Assembly (NCBI RefSeq): GCF_963921235.1
Contig: NC_086097.1
Coordinates: 127,164,001 to 127,228,000, forward strand
Length of the DNA: 64,000 bases
Origin: Mobula hypostoma
Lineage: Eukaryota
Reading direction: 5' to 3'
Shown: positions 1 through 11,609 of the stretch, one piece after another
Position numbering within the stretch: the first letter of the stretch is position 1
How the letters are laid out: every line of letters begins with the position of its first letter
Notes under the pieces: model-generated
What the model saw: only the letters and a program-made list of their open reading frames with translations
What the model was told of the DNA's origin: nothing
The model's database searches: none
Made by a program: the position numbers and the translations under genes

Positions 1-146
1 GGTAGGATCAATCAGAGATAAAAAAAAAGAAAACCTGCCTGAAGTCAGGATGTAGAGGAGATTCTTAATGAATACTTTGTTTCAGTATTCACCAGTAAGA
101 GAGACGTTGACAGATGTGAGGACAGCATAGAATAGGCTAATATGCT

Positions 147-977
147 CAAGTTTAAGTTTAATTATCATTCAACCATTTATGAATACCCATGAATATAGCC
201 AAACAAAACAGTGTTTCACTGTGACCAAGATGCAAAACACAAGTCATACACAGCACAAGGCACATATAGCACATTTAATACAGCAGTAAAACATACACTC
301 ACATAAAAAAGTAAAATATATCCCAAGTCTCTGAGTGACCTGACCTGTAGATTGATGGTACATGAATGGGTGTTATCGACAAGGACAGGCAGCTGTCAGC
401 AGTCCGCAGACGAATGTACGCACACTTGCACGTATGCAATCCAGCTTGTTATTGCACAGACCGATCACTGGAGGGCAGCATGGACAGGAGGGGCCAAAAC
501 GGACACCACACTACATCGTGAGTCTTCTCCTGGACTGCTGCAGCAGGCAAGACCACAGCTTGAGGGCTAGTCCTCTCTGCAACCGAGGCAACGCAGCTCG
601 CCTGCCGTCTGTCTCACCTATAAACGAGGGAAATAAATAGACGTGTAGCATTTTACATTATTAATGTCCAACAGGGCCTTGTGATTGCAAAAGAAACACC
701 TGAGACAATCACTTGCTACTGGACTGCACATCACCTTCGCACACCGACTGCGATGCCTTCCTGTAGCAGGCAGTAACATGGTCCGCACCAGGTCCTGCTC
801 CTCCGCCAAAAAGCAGCTCCCTGGTGGGTAGACCTGCAGTGTCTGAAGGTTTTAATGTCTGGAATTGTCCTGCAGTCGTAAAAAAGACATTTAAAAAAGA
901 CAAAAGCACCTTTGGTTGGCCTCCCGAGAGGCCGTTGCATCTGAACATGCTGCCATCTTACTGGAAAACCCCGGAGC
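147..977 (-). mobile_element. Non-autonomous ~830 bp retroelement inserted in CR1
   Basis: ATGCT duplicated at 142-146 and 978-982, and the host CR1 resumes afterwards. The minus strand has AAGATGGC near its 5' end (952-959) and ends in an AAACTTAAACTTG tail. No credible ORF. Confidence 0.65.
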
Positions 978-2155
978 ATGCTGGAATATGTCGGCATTAT
1001 GAAAGAGACTGTACTGGAAGGTTTGGAAAACATTAGAATAGATAAACCCCTGGGCTGGACAGGATCTACCCCAGGTTACTATGGGAAGTGAGGGAAGAGA
1101 TTGCTGTGTAGTTGGGGATGATTTTTGTGTCCTCACTTGCCACATAAGTGGTACCAGAGGATTGGAGGGTGGCAAATGTTATTCCTTTGTTCAATTAAGG
1201 TAACAGGGTTAATCGCTGGAATTAAAGAACAGTGAGTCTTACATCAATAGTGGGCAAACTCAGGATTCTTGGAAGCAGGATTTATAAGCAGTTGTAGAAG
1301 CATTGTCTGACTCCTTTTCTGAGGGGCAGTTCATGCCTCACGAGGCCTGATTGAATTCTTTGAGGAAGTGACAAAACAAGCTGATAAGGTGGAGAAATGG
1401 ATGTTGTGTGCATTACAAGGCATTTGATAATGTTTTCTATGGTAGGCTCATTCAGAAAGTCTGGAGACATGGGATGCAAGGAAACCTGGCTGCGTGGCTT
1501 CAGAATTGACATTCCTACAGAAGGCAGGGTGGTAGTTGATGCAGTGTATCCTGCTTGGAGGTGACTAGTGGTGTTCCACAGGGACCTGTTATGGGACCCC
1601 TGCACTTTGTGATTTTTTATAAATGACTTGGATGAGGAAGTGGAAGGGTGGGTTAGTTGAAACAAATGTTGATAGTGCTGTGGATAGTCCAGAAGGTTGT
1701 TGCTGGTTACCATGGGACATTGATAGGATGTAGAGCTGGGCTGAAAAGTAGCATATTGAGTTCATTCGGAAAAGTGTGAAGCGATTCACTTTGGGAAGTT
1801 GAACTTGAAGGCAGGATGCAAAGTTAGTGGCAGGATACTTAACAATGTGGAGAAGCAGAGGGATCCAATCCATTGATCACTCAAAGTTGCCATGTAAATT
1901 GATAGGGTGGTCAAGAAGGCATATGGTGTGTTGGCCTTCATTATGCAGTGGATTGAGTTCATGGGACCTGAGGTAATGTTGCAGCTCTACAAAACTCTGG
2001 TTAGACCACATCTGGAATGTTGGTAGCCTCATTTTAGGAAGGTTGTGGAAGCATTAGAGAGGGTGCAAAGATTTACCAGGATGCTGCCTGGATTAGAGAG
2101 CATGATTTATGAGTGAGCTGGGGCTTTTTTATTTGGAGTAAAGGAGAATAAAAGA

Positions 2156-2651
2156 TCATAGTCATAGTCATAGTCATACCTTATTGATCCCAGGGAAATT
2201 GGTTTTCGTTACAGTTGCACCATAAATAATTAAATAGTAATAAAACCATAAATAGTTAAATAGTAATATGTAAATTATGCCAGGAAATAAGTCCAGGACC
2301 AGCCTATTGGCTCAGGGTGTCTGACCCTCCAAGGGAGGAGTTGTAAAGTTTGATGGCCACAGGCCGGAATGACTTCCTATGACGCTCTGTGTTGCATCTC
2401 AGTGGAATGAGTCTCTGCTGAATGTACTCCTGTGCCCAACCAGTACATTATGTAGTGGATGGGAGACATTGTCCAAGATGGCATGCAACCTGGACAGCAT
2501 CCTCTTTTCAGACACCACCGTCAGAGAGTCCAGTTCCATCCCCACAACATCACTGGCCTTACGAATGAGTTTGTTGATTCTGTTGGTGTCTGCTACCCTC
2601 AGCCTGCTGCCCCAGCACACAACAGCAAACATGATCACACTGGCCACCACA
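2156..2651 (-). mobile_element. 5'-truncated Rex1/Babar LINE 3' end
   Basis: Near-identical to 26605-27090. It has a (TATGAC)n tail and encodes VASVIMFAVVCWG...INKLIRKAS. Confidence 0.85.
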
Positions 2652-4329
2652 TACAAGGTGACTTGTATAAGATGATAAAAAGCATTGATAGATTGGACAG
2701 CCAACATCTTATTCCAGCATGGAAATGATTAATATGAGGGGCATAATTTTAAGGTGATTGGAAGAAAGTGTAGGGAGGATGTCAGAAGAAGGTTTTTTTT
2801 TAACACAGAGAGTGGTAGCTGTGTGCAATGTGTTGCTAGAGGTGCTGGAGGATGAAGTCACACTCGATAGACTCTTTGATAGGCACATGGATGAAAAAAA
2901 ATGGAGGGCTATTTATAGATTGATTAATCTATAGATTGATCTTGGAGTAGGTTAAAAAGTCAACAGGGCATCACGGTCCAAAGGACCTGTACTATGCTGT
3001 ACTGATCTATGTTCTTAATAGGACTATTCTCAAACTGCATACGTAGGTGGTGCAGAGGAGGAATCTGCTGGAACAACACAGAAGCCTCACAATAAATAAT
3101 GCCGTACCTGGGCACTACAGGAATCTACAAGGCAGGAAATGAAACGCGAGGGATAGGATGCTGCAGTGAATTGATATTGATGGTGTCCACTAAAGTTTAT
3201 GTAAATAGAGCTAATTGTGCAAATTCTGGAGAAGACCTCAGTGTGCATAACACACTTGCTTTTGAATTGTGAGTGCATGGAATCGGGCTGAGCTGTGTGC
3301 TTTGAGACTGCAATGTGCTAATATTTCTAAAGCTCTGAAGACCCTGCAATGTATACAACAGTATGTTTAGATGTCATAAGTATTAGCCCAGTATATTATG
3401 ACCAGACACAACAGGACAGACTGAAGTAGAAAACCTTAGAGATAATCCAAATAGGGGAAGTTAAGACCTCAGCAGGAGATAGCATAAACGAGGAATTGTT
3501 TCATGTTTTCAGGGAATCTGGTGGGATCCAGGATACAAGATAGTGTGAAAACAAATGTGTAAGGATGGAAAGTTTTAAAAAATCAACTGAACACAGCTGA
3601 GTTCATGGTATCCAGTAAAATACCAAACACAGTTCCTGACTATAAGCAAGCTCACTGCTAAACAGGTTCATGAGAATCTTGTTTCTCTTCACCCAGAGCC
3701 GTTATTGTGCCATTCTTTTCCATTCCCACTACAGTTCCTGGTCGCGGTCACATAGCATTTGACCCACTGATCTCTCCTGCACTTTGCTCTGACTTTCACT
3801 CTCCACAGAGAGACTTTCTTACAGTGCCAATATTTGACTCAGCCGTGAAGGAATGTCTATGCTTTGCAGTAGTTTGCAAAAATAAAAGAGCTTTACTTCC
3901 TCCATTAAAATCACTGACCTTGAAATTATTCTGAGGGAACATAATGAACGCTTAAGAGATACTGCAGGAATTGCATCTATCTGGTGTTTCAATACAGGCT
4001 GTACGAAGCTTCAGATAATAGGTGAACACTACAATTAAAATAACGGACATTAAGTATTTGAAGCAAACAGACGAAGCATCCCTATTAGTGAAGTATAGTG
4101 TCAAGGCCAGTGCATCAACTTTATTTCCACTGTCAATCTGTTTAAATCTAGCTATTTCATTAGGTATACATTGATGTGGGGACAGAATTCATTGCACAAC
4201 TCTAATTACCCTCAAATGACTTGTGCCATTTTTGAGGACAGTTATATTCAAGGAAAATCCTGGATGAGATCAGCAGACTTCCTTCCCTAAAGTACTTTTC
4301 AGAACAAGATGGTCTTTTAGTACAATCTG

Positions 4330-5260
4330 TTCTTTGTGATTTCTATAAATGACTTACATGAGGAAGTGGAAGGGTGGGTTAGTAAGTTTACAGGTGACAT
4401 GAAGATTGGTGATTGTAGAAGGTTGTCTGAAGTTCCAACAGGACATCGACAGGATGCAGATTTGGGCTGATAAGTGGCAGATGGAGTTCAATCCAAAAAA
4501 GGGTGAAGTGGTTCACTTTGGGAGGTTGAACTTGAAGGCAGAGTACAACGTTAATGGCAAAATTCTTGGCGGTGTGGAGGAACAGAAGAATTGTGGTGTC
4601 TAGGTCCATAGATCACTCACAGTTGCCATGCATTGATAGGGTGGTTAAGAAGATGTGTTGGCCTTCATTAGTCGGGAGATTAAATTCAAGAGCCGCGAGT
4701 TAATGTTGCATAAAACTATGGTTAGACCACACTTGGAGTATTGTGTTCCATTCTGGTTGCTTCATTATAGGAACGATGTTAGAGAGGGTGTAGGGGAGAT
4801 TTATCAGGATGCTGCCTAGATTAGAGAACACATCTTATAAGAAAAGATTGACGTGGTAGCGCTTTTCTCTTTGGAGCAAAGGAGGATGAAAAGTGAATTG
4901 ATAGAGGTGTATAAGGTGATAAAAAGCATAGATAAAGTAGACAGCCAGAACCTTTCTTCTAGGGTGACTAATACAAGAGGCCATACTTCTGAAGTGATTG
5001 GAGAAAAGCTTAAGGGGATGTCAGAGGTCGTTTTTTCTTTATACCGAGAGTGTTAAGTGCATGGAGCGCACTGCCAGGGGTGATAGTGCAGGCTAGTACT
5101 TTAGAGACGTTTAAGAGTCTCTCATATAGGCCATGGATGAAAGAAAAAATAGGAGGCTATATGGGAGGAAATGGTTAAATTGATCTTGGTGTAGGTTGAA
5201 AGGTAGGCACAACATTCTAGGATGAAAGGCCTACACCGCACTGTTCTATTCATTGTTCTT
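4330..5260 (+). mobile_element. CR1 LINE 3' fragment (RT C-terminus and tail)
   Basis: ORF pieces WADKWQMEFNP..VVHFG and LFSLEQRRM match the CR1 RT seen elsewhere in the window. Confidence 0.85.
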
Positions 5261-5482
5261 AACACACTAGCTTCATGGTAACCCACAGTGCACTGAATCC
5301 CCTTTATAAACAATAAGCATAGCCATGATCTGGTATAAAGGGACACTTACATTTTGCTTACGTGATCCAAACTTACTGGAGGCAAGAACACAGTCTTTGT
5401 TAATTTCACCGTATCAGAATCCCCTCTGGAAATTCCCAGAACAATGAATTACAGCATCAGCTCTGAACAACTCCTTAGCAGT

Positions 5483-5645
5483 CGCGAGGAATTCTGCAGA
5501 TGCTGGAAATTCAAGCAACAGACATCAAAGTTGCTGGTGAACGCAGCAGGCCAGGCAGCATCTCTAGGAAGAGGTACAGTCGACGTTACCTCTTCCTAGA
5601 GATGCTGCCTGGCCTGCTGCGTTCACCAGCAACTTTGATGTGTGT
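5483..5645. mobile_element. Palindromic Penelope 3'-end insertion
   Basis: 14-bp TSD AACTCCTTAGCAGT (5469-5482 and 5646-5659). 55-bp perfect inverted repeat (5522-5576 / 5587-5641). Sequence matches the Penelope end at 34150-34220. Confidence 0.85.
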
Positions 5646-5659
5646 AACTCCTTAGCAGT

Positions 5660-6390
5660 TATGGATGGTGTCACATATTTCATCACGATGCCAATTCCAC
5701 ACCTTCATTTCCCAATTACTCTACACTAATTTTGTTAACTATGTATGGCATTTCCATCTATAATCAAATGCACAACAGCATGCAAACCATGATCTGGCCA
5801 CTGGGTCTACAGCAAACTCATCTCTATGCAGACTGGTGTTAAGCAAGACTGTGTTGTCAGCCCAGTACTTTTCTCAGTCCCCCTTACTGCATAACTACAT
5901 CTTGCCTCAAATGAACTTCAACTTGGATTGGAGATAATGTACCGGACAAATGGGAAAATATTCAGCCTCCATTGTCACTACTCCAGAGTGAGGGTCACCC
6001 CAATCCAAATCTTGATGCTTGCACCTGCTTACAATTGGACGTTGATCTCAAATTCATTGTCAACTTTGTTTAAGGAAAAGAGATCAAGGTTTCAGATGCA
6101 GCACTAAGTTCATGGCCTACCATGGCAATCCATTGGGGAGGCAACACAAACACCATCTCTACAAAAATCCTCCAAATCCACTGGTATGATAAGCAAACTA
6201 ATATCGACATCCCCTCCCAAGTCAACATCTTTGGGACTGAAGCTTTAGTTACATGTAATCAGCTCTGATGTGCAGGCAATGTTACTTGCATCTCCTAAAG
6301 GGAGAGTCTACTCCAAGCTCCATCACAGCCAGCGATTGCCAGGAAGACTGAGGAAATGATTCAAGGATGTTCTCAACATCCGTGACATCA
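5660..6390 (+). mobile_element. Old RTE-clade LINE remnant
   Basis: GVKQDCVVSPVLF near 5835 resembles the RTE RT motif GVKQGCVL.P.LF. Heavily decayed. Confidence 0.55.
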
Positions 6391-6953
6391 CTTGAGGCTT
6401 ATACTATTCTTTGGATCTGATATGACATTTGTTGGGATTTGGGTGGGATTAGCACACACGTCCTTCCCAGGCTACGGTAGGGTTCCTTAAGCCGAACAAT
6501 TCACAAGTTGGAAATGCAGCCACAAACCAACTTCCCACCAGGCGGAAAATGCCTGCAACCCCACAGCCGCTGGCAAATCCATTCCACTGCTCCCCCAGTG
6601 CTCATTTGCACGTAGGAGCTGCACATAAGTAGGGTGTTCACAAGGTGGGCAGGACCTATAAATGCATACTTGATGGTCAGCATGGACTCAATAGGGCAAA
6701 GAATCAGTTACTGTGCTTTATGACTCTGATATTGAAAACTATTAAAAATGCATTTTTAAGATTAACAAAAAGCTTTTAAAACATTTTTATAAGTAGTTAA
6801 AAACATTAAACGCCTATGGAACACCATTAGTCATCGGCAGCCAACCAGAAAAGGCTCCGTTTATTCCCACTCTTTGCCTCCTGCCAATCAGCCAGTGATC
6901 TATCCGTGCTAGTACCATGGGCTCTTTCCTCACTAAACAGCCTCAAGTATGGC

Positions 6954-9900
6954 CAGGGGCGTATCTACGGAGAATTGTGCCTATGGCAAGCACTGAAATT
7001 GCGCCCGTCCAAACATCTGACACCCATCTTTTAGATAACGTTACCATAATATCAGCTCAAAAATACAAGTCAAGCTTGATAATCTTTTAATTAATAAATT
7101 ATGGCACTTCATGAAAATTATAACTGCACCTTCCTTGCTTTCACTGATGCAAATTGGTCTATGATGTGATCAAAGTCAGTTTTTTCAGTTTCTTCTCTTT
7201 CTACACTCAGCAGAGCAAGATCACAGAGTCTGCCTTGACCCATGGAGGCTCTCAAATACAAAAGTATTCGTTTTAATTTGCTGAATGAACTCTCACAGCT
7301 GGTGATGGAAACTGCGACAGTTAGCATTATCTGAATAGCAATGCGAAGACTGGGGAAGACGCTCTCATCTCCATACTGAAAAATAAATTCAAGAAGCTCC
7401 TCAGGTCTTGATATTTTCATGTTGACCCACCTTGATAGCAACATTCTGCAATCCAAAATTTCTTCATATAGCTGCTGTCCATCAACATCAGAGCTGTACA
7501 ATTCGCCCAATTTTTCGCACTTCTTCTTTAGGTCGTTACTGTCGGCGCCATAACACAGTCCCTCGACATTGAGACGGAACCCAAACTTGGCGTCAGCGTC
7601 GTGCAAACGAGCGAACCTTTCATCCATTTCTTTGTGAAGATGGTCGAGTGTTCCCTTCATGACTCTTTCCATTTCCTCCTTAGCTGTTAACCCAGCATCT
7701 CTCAAGTTTTTATCAGTCATTCGTTTCTTTCATCTCTGACATCTTTCAACTTCAATATTCCATTCTTGACAGAGACCGACTCCTTCTTCAAGTGACTCAC
7801 TGACCAACACTTCTCTTTCATCATAAAAATGATCTCGGAGGGCTTTCAACTCCAGGGCAGCATCATGGAAGTTCATGCTAGGATCCTGCAGCCTCTTTTG
7901 AATACGGTCAATGCAAATGAGTACTTGTTCCAAAATCCTAGCAGAATCAGAAAATTGTAACGCAACATGCGGTTGTACAGCTGCCTTGCGTCACTTCTTG
8001 TTTCACTGATCTCGTTTTCATTGTCTATCATGTCCTGGAGAACTTGAAGTATCTCTTCAAGGTGCTTGTTGACGGGCTTCACTGCTTCTGTCCTTGCACT
8101 CCACCTGGTTTCGGACTCCAACTTATCAACCACAGGCACGGTGCTTTTGAGTTTTTCCCAGCGCTGTGTTGAACGAGAGAAAAACACATAGAGAGCTTCG
8201 ATGGTTCCAAAAAACGTGACCATCATTGTATCCTGCTTGGCTGCATGTACACACACCAAGCTGAGTGAGTGATTGTCACAATTCACAAACACTGCCAGGT
8301 TGTTTTTCTCACATATTCTTTGATGAACACCACTTCTGTGTCCAGCCAACACAGCAGCGTTGTCATAGCACTGTGACCGACAATCTTGTAGCTCCATTTC
8401 ATCCTTCTCTAGCTGTTTCAAGATGTCTTCAACCAAGCTCTCAGCATCCTTCTGGCTTATCTGGATAAAGCCAAGGAAGGACTCTCTAACATGGACTGTT
8501 TTCCTCTCAAAATCAACTTCCACATACCTCACCACTTCCGACATCTGCTCACGGTGTGCCTGATCAGGAGTCGAGTCGAACATGAGTCCATAGTACTTGG
8601 CTTTACGAATGCTTCTCAGTAAACTCTGGTGAACAGTGGAGATGCCATCATGTGGATGAATTTGTTCTGGACACCCGGTGAAAGATAAGACGTGGATCTA
8701 GGATGACTTTCCAAATGAGTGAGGTGTTCTTTTATGATAGGGTCAAAGATGGCCAGTAGTTTCAGTAAGCCAAGGAAATTTCCCACATTGAAGTCATTGT
8801 CTAGCTGAAGTGACTCCCTGTGTCCTGGCAAAGCCAGGTTCTGAGTCACAAGGAATTTTATGCAGTGAAGGATTCTTGTCAAGATATCACACCACTTCTG
8901 CTTTTCCTTCTCAATCTGTGACTGAAATACCGTGTTAATAACCCCTCTGTTTCCAGCTAAATTTCTTTCCACTGTGTGAAGCATTCCCGATGATTCTTGG
9001 CATTTTCATGAACACTAATCCTTTCAGGTGCTTTCCACTGGTTGAATCCACTTTCCTGCTCCAATGAAGATTGATGGTCTGACTGGGAACAGAGAAGACA
9101 ACAGATACAAAATGCAGACTTTTTAGAAGGGGAATAGACCAGCCATGAGCGAGTCACTTCCTCACCACGACCATTTCCCAATTTCCTCTTGAACCAATTT
9201 TTGTTCAATGAGCGGTTATTTGTTGGTAGGAAAGGCCCCTCACTGTTCTGGAAATACTTCGAACCCAGCTTTATTATTTCTGTTCTCAACGCGTCAGGCA
9301 GAATTCCTTTTCCAGTATCCTTGTCGAACTTCGGAAGTCCGATGTCATGCTGTTCAATCACCTCTGGTATGACAGTTCGAGGCTCTTTGACACCATCCAG
9401 TTCACTAGGTTCAGTGTCGTCAGGTTCAATCTCGTCAGGTAAAATCTCGTCAATAAACTCCACATCACCACCACCACCATCGCCTTCCCCTCCTGTCATG
9501 TCCACGTTCTCTGTGGCAGTCTCACTCTTAATCTTGTCATACTTGGATTTATCTGACTTGACTTCCTCCCCGGCTTGTGACGCATTTGTACCTGATCCAC
9601 CTTCGGTTTCTAACAAACTTGTAGCAGGTGCAGGTGACTCCATGGAACGTGTTGAACTACTTGTTCCGGGCTTTTCAAAGAAGGGCATGAAGAACTTGCT
9701 CGACTTCCTGGCTTCCTCTGCCTCTAACTTTCATCTCTTCCGTCCTTCAGCTCCACTTCCCTTCTTCTTCATGAAGAAACGTTTCATGGTCTTCTTACAC
9801 AGTGCTCTGAAATAAGGCCATCCTAGTGCTTCTCACCCATGATAATCAAAGACAGATCATACATCTGAAGAAAAGTCTTTTTCCACTATCTGAGGATGGC

Positions 9901-9993
9901 TTGTCTGACTTTAATAGAAACTGCTCAGTGGCGCCCCCTTCAAGTGACGCCCAGGGCACGTGCCATATCTACCATACCTTAGATACACCACTG
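6954..9993 (-). mobile_element. Full-length hAT DNA transposon (Tip100/ZMYM1-like type)
   Basis: TIRs CAGGGGCGTATCTA (6954) and CAGTGGTGTATCTA (reverse complement, ends 9993), 12/14 match. Degenerate 8-bp TSD AGTATGGC / TGTGTGGC. Confidence 0.92.
7118..9787 (-). pseudogene. Frameshifted hAT transposase, about 890 codons when joined
   Basis: Consecutive ORFs give the TTF-type Zn finger (WLVYS...FCICC), NFLGLLKLLA, MFDSTPD (catalytic D), YDNA, CDNH, ETRW and SCESSFSKLK (catalytic E, dimerization domain). An in-frame upstream ATG at 9787 is followed by a premature TGA. Confidence 0.9.
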
Positions 9994-10224
9994 TGTGTGG
10001 CACCTTGTCAAAGACCTTCTGAAAATCCAAGTACACAACATCAAACAATTCTCCTCTCTCTTTTCTGCTTGTTATTTCCTGAAAGTTTTGTCAGGCAAGA
10101 TTTCCCCTGAGGAAAGCATGTTGACTTTGGCCTAGTTTACTATGTGCCTCTAAGTACCCGGAAACCTTATCCTTAACAATCGACTCCAACATCTTCCCAA
10201 CCACTGTGGTTTAGCTAACTGGTC

Positions 10225-10372
10225 AAACTTTTTTCTCTAGTCCTGATCAAGGGTCTCGGCCTGAAACATCGACTGTTTATTCTTTTCCATAGATGCTGCC
10301 TGGCCTGCTGAGTTCCTCCAGCATTTGCGTGTGTTGCCTAGATTTCCAAATTCTGCAGATTATCTCATTTCG
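10225..10372 (+). mobile_element. ~150 bp Penelope 3'-end insert with degenerate hammerhead
   Basis: TSD AACTGGTC (10217-10224 and 10373-10380). AGTC-CTGATCA-AGG..CCT-GAAACATC-GACT at 10239-10274. Confidence 0.8.
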
Positions 10373-10847
10373 AACTGGTCTATAATTTCCTTTCTTCTGT
10401 CTCCCTCTCTTCTGAAAGAGAAGATTGACATTTGCAATTTTCCAGTTCTCCAAAAACAGTCCTCCAAAATCTAGAGATTATTTAAAGATAATTACTAATG
10501 CCTCCAACATCTCTTCAGCTACATCTTTCAGACCCTAGGGTGTAGTCCATCTAGTCCAGTTGACTTTACCTTCAGAACTTTCAACTTACCAAGCACCTTC
10601 TCTGTAGTAATAGCAATTCCCAACCACTGAGGTCACACTAACTGCCATATAAGTTCCTTTCTTCTACTTCTCTCCCTTCTTGAAAAATGGAGTGACATTT
10701 GCAATTTTCCAGTCCTCCGGAACCGTGCCGGAATCTAATGATTCTTGAAAGATCATTAATCGTGCCTCCATAATCTCTTCAGCTACTTCTTTAGGAATCC
10801 CAGGGTGTAGTCCATCTGGTCCAGGTGACTTAATTACCTTCAGACCT

Positions 10848-10977
10848 CAAACAAGAGAAAATCTGCAGATGCTGGAAATCCGAGCAACACACACAAAATG
10901 CTGGAGGAACTCAGCAGCTGTGCAAAAAGTACAGTCGACGTTTCAGGCCGAGACCCTTCGGCAGGTCTTAAGGTGTG
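10848..10977 (-). mobile_element. ~130 bp Penelope 3'-end insert with degenerate hammerhead
   Basis: 14-bp TSD TTACCTTCAGACCT (10834-10847 and 10978-10991). The minus strand reads CTGCCGA-AGG..CCT-GAAACGTC-GACT. Confidence 0.8.
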
Positions 10978-11609
10978 TTACCTTCAGACCTTTCAGCTTC
11001 CCAAGCACCCTCTCTGTAGTAATAGCAACTGCACTCATTTCTGTCCCGATACTCTTGAACTTTCAGCATACTGCTAGTGCCTTCCGCATTGAAGAATGAT
11101 GCAAAATACTTATTCAATTCATCCGTCATTTCCTTGTCTCCCATTACTATCTCTCCAGTATAATTTTCTAGTGGTCTGATATCTATTCTTGACCTCTCTT
11201 TTACACTTTATATATCTGAGAAAACATTTGGTATCCTCTCTGATATTATTTGACATTATTGACTAGCTTACCTTCATATTTCATATTTTCCCTCCTTGTG
11301 GCATTTTCAGCTGCTTTCTGTTGGTTTTTAAAAGTTGCCCAATCCTCTAACTTCCCACTAATTTTTGCCCTCGCTTTTGCTTTTAAGTTGGCCTTAACTT
11401 CCCTTGTTAGCCACGGTTGTGTCATCCTGCCTTTAGAATAATTCTTCATCTTTGGGATGTCTCTATCTGGTGCCTTTTGAATTGCTCCTAAAAATTCCAG
11501 CCACTGCTGCTCTGCCATCATCCCAGCTAGTATCCCCTTCCAATCAGCTTTGGCCAGCTCCTCTCTCATGCCTCTGCAATTCCCTTTACTCCACTGTAAA
11601 TATAAGCAT

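Larger units (their letters stand above)
1..3015 (+). mobile_element. Decayed CR1 LINE ORF2 (RT) and 3' tail, interrupted by inserts at 147-977 and 2156-2651
   Basis: Colinear with the CR1 ORF2 at about 60490-62200, e.g. the GVPQG.V.GP RT motif near 1570 and a TGTACTATGCTGTACTG tail near 3000. Many stops and frameshifts. Confidence 0.85.
6810..11600 (-). mobile_element. Decayed CR1 ORF2, host of the hAT and of two Penelope mini-inserts, with an internal tandem duplication
   Basis: CR1 sequence continues across the hAT (CTCAAGTATGGC | ACCTTGTCAAAG). ORF 11246-11569 (MREELAKADW..QPWLTREVK) is from CR1 ORF2. Confidence 0.85.

Noticed and set aside
7118..9787. Domesticated ZMYM1/ZNF862-like host gene
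   Set aside because: It has TIRs, a TSD and multiple frameshifts, and it is inserted in a LINE.
9189..9815. 208-aa Ser/Pro-rich ORF on the + strand
   Set aside because: Antisense of the transposase N-terminus.
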